Made by a program: the position numbers and the translations under genes. A DNA stretch of 63,181 nucleotides, counting the filler, from Bdellovibrionota bacterium (GTDB lineage Bacteria > Bdellovibrionota > Bdellovibrionia > Bdellovibrionales > JAEYZS01), in NCBI GenBank assembly GCA_963169515.1. It is 5 parts of 5 records of this genome, joined end to end, with 100 filler letters (N's around TTAATTAATTAA, not from the genome) between each part and the next. Parts side by side here need not be neighbours in the genome. Positions count along the whole stretch, not along the records: positions 55,773 to 60,216 come from CAUJEF010000028.1; positions 60,317 to 63,181 come from CAUJEF010000049.1; 3 more parts are not named here. The stretch is one strand, 5' to 3'. Below, piece by piece: positions 58,843-63,181 of this stretch (position 1 is the first letter of the stretch; each line of letters begins with the position of its first letter). The notes below the pieces were generated by a model. That model searched no databases, had not been told where the DNA came from, and worked only from the letters and a program-made list of their open reading frames with translations.

Positions 58843-59502
58843 TCAGTTGTATTTCATCTTGTCACGGTTAGAAACCACAAGGTTCATCATATTCATGCTA
58901 CTTTCGGTCATGTCGTTTATTGCTCGACCGATGCGCACCTGGAAGTAACCAAAGAATACAATCGCCGGGATTGCGATCACCAGACCAAACGCTGTACAAT
59001 TTAGCGCGTGGGAAATACCGAGTGATAGCAATTCTGCTTTCTGAGCCGCATCAGCTTGGTTAACCGCACTAAACGATTTGATCAGACCGATAATTGTTCC
59101 AAGAAGACCCATTAGGGTGGCGACGTTACCAAAAATCGCAAGGAATGATGTCCATCCCTCGAGCCTTGGAGTTTCCTTTAATACTGCACCATCCATCGCA
59201 ACTTGAATTTCTTCATCTGGACGTTTGTTTAACACCTGCACCAAACCTGACTTTAGGGTGTTCGAAAGCGGGATCGGTTTGCTATCGCAGAATGTGACCG
59301 CCTGACGCAATTCCCCCCGTAAAAGCATTCCGAAAAGTTTGTCGACAAAATCTTGTTTATCAACAGATAGTTTAGACAATTGAGTGAATCGTTCGATAAT
59401 GAGGGCAAATGTCAGAACCCCCGTGATCGCAATAAAAATCATGGTCGCGCCGCCATCTTGAAAGGCCTTCACGATCCAGTTTATATTCTCTGTTTGTTCC
59501 AC
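58843..59502 (-). CDS. MotA/TolQ/ExbB proton channel, AglR-like
   Basis: GTG start after GGGAGG; NVATLMGLLGTIIGLI..F, GISHALNCTAFGL. Confidence 0.93.
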   Translation of the reverse strand: MEQTENINWIVKAFQDGGATMIFIAITGVLTFALIIERFTQLSKLSVDKQDFVDKLFGMLLRGELRQAVTFCDSKPIPLSNTLKSGLVQVLNKRPDEEIQVAMDGAVLKETPRLEGWTSFLAIFGNVATLMGLLGTIIGLIKSFSAVNQADAAQKAELLSLGISHALNCTAFGLVIAIPAIVFFGYFQVRIGRAINDMTESSMNMMNLVVSNRDKMKYN

Positions 59503-59522
59503 AGTAACCTCCCGTTACTTTT

Positions 59523-60216
59523 CTATTTACTATTAAACACCCATGGAAATGTAACCACGGCAGTTTGACCCGGAGGGGACTCCGGAAACTTGAGCGTTCT
59601 TAACCGTAGCAAAATGCATTGTTCCACTTCTGAGTTATTAAGGGTCGATGTTTTCACATGCCCATTTGCGAGACGACCCTTGTCGTTAATGTCCCAGGTC
59701 ATCGCAATCTTACCGAAAAGATCTGGGCGGTTATTTAAAACATTCTCATATCAGGCGCGAAATTGACGCTCAATTTCTTTTAAAACGCGTCGGATACCCT
59801 CGCGGTCAATTGTACCATTGAATTCTTCGCCCTCTCCACCCGCAATAATTGTGGCGTTTCGTTTGCCTCCCATCGGACCCGTTCCGTAACCTTCTCGCCC
59901 TCCACCGCGGCCTTGAGTTCCAATCCCGCCGATCCCGACGGTGGCTGTTCCTGTCCCACCTTTTCCAATGTCTTTCATTCCCAAACCTGGTTCATCGCCT
60001 GCACCTGCTGCAAATTGACCGCCTGTGCCTGATGCACTTTTTGCGGCACTGCCAACAACGCCAGAACCAGACGCCGCTTTGTCAATGTCATCCTGCAACC
60101 CATTTTTTCCGAACACACCGCCAAGACCGAGCTTCGAAACGTCTTTCTTTGGCTTCGGTGCCGCATCTGCTTGTCCGGTATTGGCGGCAGCCTTTGAAAT
60201 GCCTTTGTCTTTGCCT
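59523..60216 (-). CDS. GltG/AgmX-type TonB-like gliding protein, C-terminal part (5'-truncated), with in-frame TGA at 59751-59753; recoded or pseudogene
   Basis: Gly-rich linker, then IDREGIRRVLKEIERQFRA*YENVLNNRPDLFGKIAMTWDINDKGRLANGHVKTSTLNNSEVEQCILLRLRTLKFPESPPGQTAVVTFPWVFNSK, TAG at 59523. Confidence 0.85.
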
Positions 60217-60316
60217 NNNNNNNNNNNNNNNNNNNNNNNNNNNNNNNNNNNNNNNNNNNNTTAATTAATTAANNNNNNNNNNNNNNNNNNNNNNNNNNNN
60301 NNNNNNNNNNNNNNNN
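60217..60316. other. Artificial contig-join spacer
   Basis: N44-TTAATTAATTAA-N44. Confidence 0.98.
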
Positions 60317-60561
60317 TCTCTTTACCTGCGTATATTCCAATTATATTTGAAACGACAGTTTTGTTCGGTGCGCTTATTACAGTCGGGGGAATGTTCTATG
60401 TTTGTGGCCTACCAAGAATAAATCCGCCAATTATAGATCCCGATATTACATGCCACAAATTCGCACTCTTTATCCCTGAAACAGACAAGGGCTATGACAA
60501 GGCTCAAGATTTTTTGAAAAGCTTGGGTGCATCCGACGTCAGGAAAGTTGCGGAGTTTTAA
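60317..60561 (+). CDS. actD: Alternative complex III subunit ActD (DUF3341), 5'-truncated
   Basis: SLPAYIPIIFETTVLFGA...GLPR...DPDITCHKFALFI...LGA. Confidence 0.85.
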
Positions 60562-61107
60562 ATGAAACGTATTTTAATAATTTCTGTATTTGCTATGATC
60601 GGTCTAGCGGGCTGCAGTGATAAGCACTCCGAACCAAATATCGAGCCTGTTCAAAACATGATGAAGGCACCTTCGATGAAAGCTCAAGGCGAGGATCTCG
60701 ATGCCCCTGACAAGCGCGGGATGCGTTTGCCGCCAGAAGGAACAGTTCCTCAGGGGTGGGAACCTTATGCAGTGGATGATTTTGATGTTGCTAATAACAC
60801 AGTTAAAAACCCTGTCCCTGCATCAAAAGAAGTTCTGGCTCATGGTCAAAAACTATATCTGACATATTGTTCTGTTTGCCATGGCACATTGGGTGCGGGA
60901 GATGGGCCGGTCGCGCCCAAAATGCTGTTGACCCCGCCGTCGCTCACGTCTGAAAAAATAGTTGGATGGAACGATGGTGGAATTTACCACTTAATTACGC
61001 GAGGCCGTGGTTTAATGGGATCTTATGAGTCCCAAGTTCCAAAACCAAATGATCGTTGGGCGATCGTACATTACGTCCGACATTTGCAACAAAATAATAA
61101 AAAATAG
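60562..61107 (+). CDS. actE: Alternative complex III monoheme cytochrome c lipoprotein ActE
   Basis: Lipobox LAG|C, MRLPPEGTVP, CSVCHG, GRGLM, DRWAIVHYVRHLQ. Confidence 0.9.
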   Translation: MKRILIISVFAMIGLAGCSDKHSEPNIEPVQNMMKAPSMKAQGEDLDAPDKRGMRLPPEGTVPQGWEPYAVDDFDVANNTVKNPVPASKEVLAHGQKLYLTYCSVCHGTLGAGDGPVAPKMLLTPPSLTSEKIVGWNDGGIYHLITRGRGLMGSYESQVPKPNDRWAIVHYVRHLQQNNKK

Positions 61108-61120
61108 GTTAGAGGGAAAT

Positions 61121-62296
61121 ATGATAAACGCTTCAACGCTTACAGTTTCTGATAAAGCAAAAAAAATAACGATAGCTGCGATGATCATCGGTGTTGTGAC
61201 GTTGGTTGCAGGTTTTGTTGTCGCCAAAGATAAAATTTGGCCCGCATTTTTAGTAAATTTATTTTACTTCACTAGTTTGGCGGTTGGGGGACTGTTTTTT
61301 ACTGCAATTCAATTTGCAACAAAAGCCGGATGGAGTGCGACGATTCGTCGTTTGAGCGAGAGCCTAGTTTCTTTTTTGCCGGTCGCGTTCGTTGGAGCGC
61401 TTGCCGTTGCTTTCTTTGGTGCTAAATCGCTTTTTGAATGGATGGATCCAGCGGTTGTCGCCGACGATAATCTTTTGAGACAAAAAGCGGCTTATTTAAA
61501 TCACGGATCATTTACGGTCAGAACTGTTGTGTTTTTTATACTTTGGGGTTTGTTTGCGCGGCTCATAGTTGGAAATTCGCTGAAGCAGGACGCAAAAGCT
61601 GACGATAGTTTGACGTTAAAAAATGTAAAACTTTCTGTGATCTTTTTAATCGTATTTGCCCTTTCTTATTCCTTGTTCAGCGTAGATTTTATTATGAGCC
61701 TTGACCCTAAATGGTTTAGCACAATTTTTGGGGTTTATTGTTTTTCTGGTCTATTCCAGTCGACCTTGGCTTTTCTCATCATAATGGCTGTTAAGCTAAT
61801 GAGAAAGGGTGAGCTTAAAGACTTTGTAACTGAAGATCATTTGCATGATCTGGGCAAATTTCTTTTCGCCTTTACTATTTTCTATGCGTATATTGCGTTT
61901 TCTCAGTTTATGTTGATCTGGTACGCTAATTTGCCAGAGGAAACTATTTTCTACACCCATCGTGCTCACGGTGGATGGTTGGCTGTTTCTTACATGATTT
62001 TGGTTTTTAAATTTGTCGTACCATTTCTATTGTTATTGCCACGTGAAGCCAAACGAAACCCAGATCATTTGATCCGTGTTTCAGTTCTGATGCTTATCAT
62101 GCAATGGGTGGATATCTATTGGCTGGTTTATCCGAACTTCAACGATGGTCATGTTGTGTTTGGTATTTGGGATGTAGGCTTGTTCATTGGATTCATGGGC
62201 GCATTTGTTTGGTGTGTGATGCGGTTTTTATCAAAGAATAAGGTTGTCCCAGTGAACGACCCATATATGCACGAGGCCTTACATCATCATATTTAA
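61121..62296 (+). CDS. actF: Alternative complex III membrane subunit ActF
   Basis: Start ATG 61121; AGWS..IRR, DFIMSLDPKWFSTIFG, HLHDLGK, FSQFMLIWYANLPEE, D.YW. Confidence 0.92.
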   Translation: MINASTLTVSDKAKKITIAAMIIGVVTLVAGFVVAKDKIWPAFLVNLFYFTSLAVGGLFFTAIQFATKAGWSATIRRLSESLVSFLPVAFVGALAVAFFGAKSLFEWMDPAVVADDNLLRQKAAYLNHGSFTVRTVVFFILWGLFARLIVGNSLKQDAKADDSLTLKNVKLSVIFLIVFALSYSLFSVDFIMSLDPKWFSTIFGVYCFSGLFQSTLAFLIIMAVKLMRKGELKDFVTEDHLHDLGKFLFAFTIFYAYIAFSQFMLIWYANLPEETIFYTHRAHGGWLAVSYMILVFKFVVPFLLLLPREAKRNPDHLIRVSVLMLIMQWVDIYWLVYPNFNDGHVVFGIWDVGLFIGFMGAFVWCVMRFLSKNKVVPVNDPYMHEALHHHI

Positions 62297-62799
62297 TTGC
62301 GCTGTGCGATGGCCGTATTGGGTGCCAGTTCAAAAAAATTTGCAAGAAGTTCAATGCACATTGGGTAGTCTCGGTCTTCCACCGAGGCATGTACTTCATC
62401 AAGATATCGAAGTATATTATTGCGAATTTCCTTTGGATACTTCAAATTCGGCCCGCCGAATCCCAGTGTTATTTTCTTCCATAGCGAAAGTTTGTCTTCA
62501 ATTTCCGCTTGCGGAAGTAAATTTTCATTGGCTTCGATAATTAATTGTTCAAGTGATTGGGCCACTTTTGTGTTTTCTTCTTCATCAATTGGTCCGGACT
62601 GTTCCGCGCAATAAGCAAATACGTTGCCAACACCGTCCTTGTATTGGTTGACAGTCTCTGGACTGCGCGCTTCTGCAAAATGGATAAATGCAATGACGTC
62701 GCGTCTTTGGTCTTTGCTGAGCGCGCCCTCTGCCGATGTGCTTTTAAGGGTGCTTATTGATACAATAAGCATCGCAAATATGATGTAAATTTTATTCAT
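62293..62799 (-). CDS. Secreted helical hypothetical protein
   Basis: Signal peptide, GAGGGA SD, two Cys. Confidence 0.7.
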   Translation of the reverse strand: MNKIYIIFAMLIVSISTLKSTSAEGALSKDQRRDVIAFIHFAEARSPETVNQYKDGVGNVFAYCAEQSGPIDEEENTKVAQSLEQLIIEANENLLPQAEIEDKLSLWKKITLGFGGPNLKYPKEIRNNILRYLDEVHASVEDRDYPMCIELLANFFELAPNTAIAQRN

Positions 62800-62826
62800 C
62801 CTGTCCCTCGTGCAAAAAAGATATAC

Positions 62827-62842
62827 AGCAATCGTTGTGCCG
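62827..62842 (-). promoter_or_regulatory. sigma54 promoter candidate
   Basis: Reverse complement CGGCACAACGATTGCT (GG-N10-GC), 27 nt before ATG 62799. Confidence 0.65.
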
Positions 62843-63052
62843 TGGCGGTATGCTTATTCTTTGGAATTGAGACTTTATAAGATGAAGAAATTATAAACTG
62901 GCTCACATGATTGTTGAAAAAAGGCCTCTTTCGGTCAGAAGAACTAAGACATCCTGTCTTTAAACCCCGAAAATTTGGCCATCCATGGCCAAACCTGTGT
63001 GGCGCTTGCATAAATGGCAAGCGTTTTCGGGATTCTTAAAAACAGGGACCCT

Positions 63053-63181
63053 TTATGCTGTCTTTTCTAAAAGCACATGATTGTGATAGTAAACATAGAG
63101 CTCGATATGGTCTTTTAAGCGTTCTATGTTTTTTGTAGTACACCAGGTTTTGCGAAATAACCGATTGATATTCGCCCGAAG
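63053..63181 (-). mobile_element. C-terminus of an IS1-like DDE transposase-type protein (runs off the window end; not in the ORF track)
   Basis: Manual translation LRANINRLFRKTWCTTKNIERLKDHIELYVYYHNHVLLEKTA*, resembling the IS1-type LR...RL.RKT....K....H......Y.N tail. Confidence 0.55.

Noticed and set aside
31136..60316. Four identical TTAATTAATTAA elements flanked by N runs
   Set aside because: Artificial six-frame-stop contig linkers, not biological repeats. The truncations of gatC, tauE, truB, gltG-like and actD are assembly edges, not pseudogenes.
62796..63020. 74-aa minus-strand ORF
   Set aside because: No recognisable features; it spans the sigma54 promoter region of the downstream gene.

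Overview
The window is not one continuous locus. It is five assembly contigs (1-31135, 31236-45859, 45960-55672, 55773-60216, 60317-63181) joined by artificial 100-nt spacers (N44-TTAATTAATTAA-N44), so gene neighbourhoods across spacers mean nothing. Gene content points to a predatory Bdellovibrionota-like bacterium (inference): bacterial topoisomerase VI, an AglRQS/GltG-type gliding cluster, alternative complex III, FNNC-type lipoproteins and many sigma28-like promoters. Core genes include serS, murA-prmC-prfA-rpmE-rho, gatCAB, rimP-nusA-infB-rbfA-truB and five tRNAs. The most striking unexplained signals are: (1) an in-frame TGA exactly at the expected Cys of the gliding GltG/AgmX-type C-terminal domain, with the rest of the domain intact; (2) an unannotated sigma54-driven ~103-nt sRNA with a C-rich anti-Shine-Dalgarno loop, plus a second weaker anti-SD sRNA candidate; (3) a dynamin-like P-loop GTPase with a Sec signal peptide, faced by an antisense sigma28 promoter; (4) a recurring GTCTCA-N3-TGAGAC palindrome near sigma28-like promoters, some of which would give leaderless mRNAs; (5) a His-less Hpt-like gene that appears to start at ATT; (6) a Cys-rich GAF-wHTH-BTAD regulator upstream of a cytochrome c missed by the ORF track. 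All calls were made by eye, without database searches.
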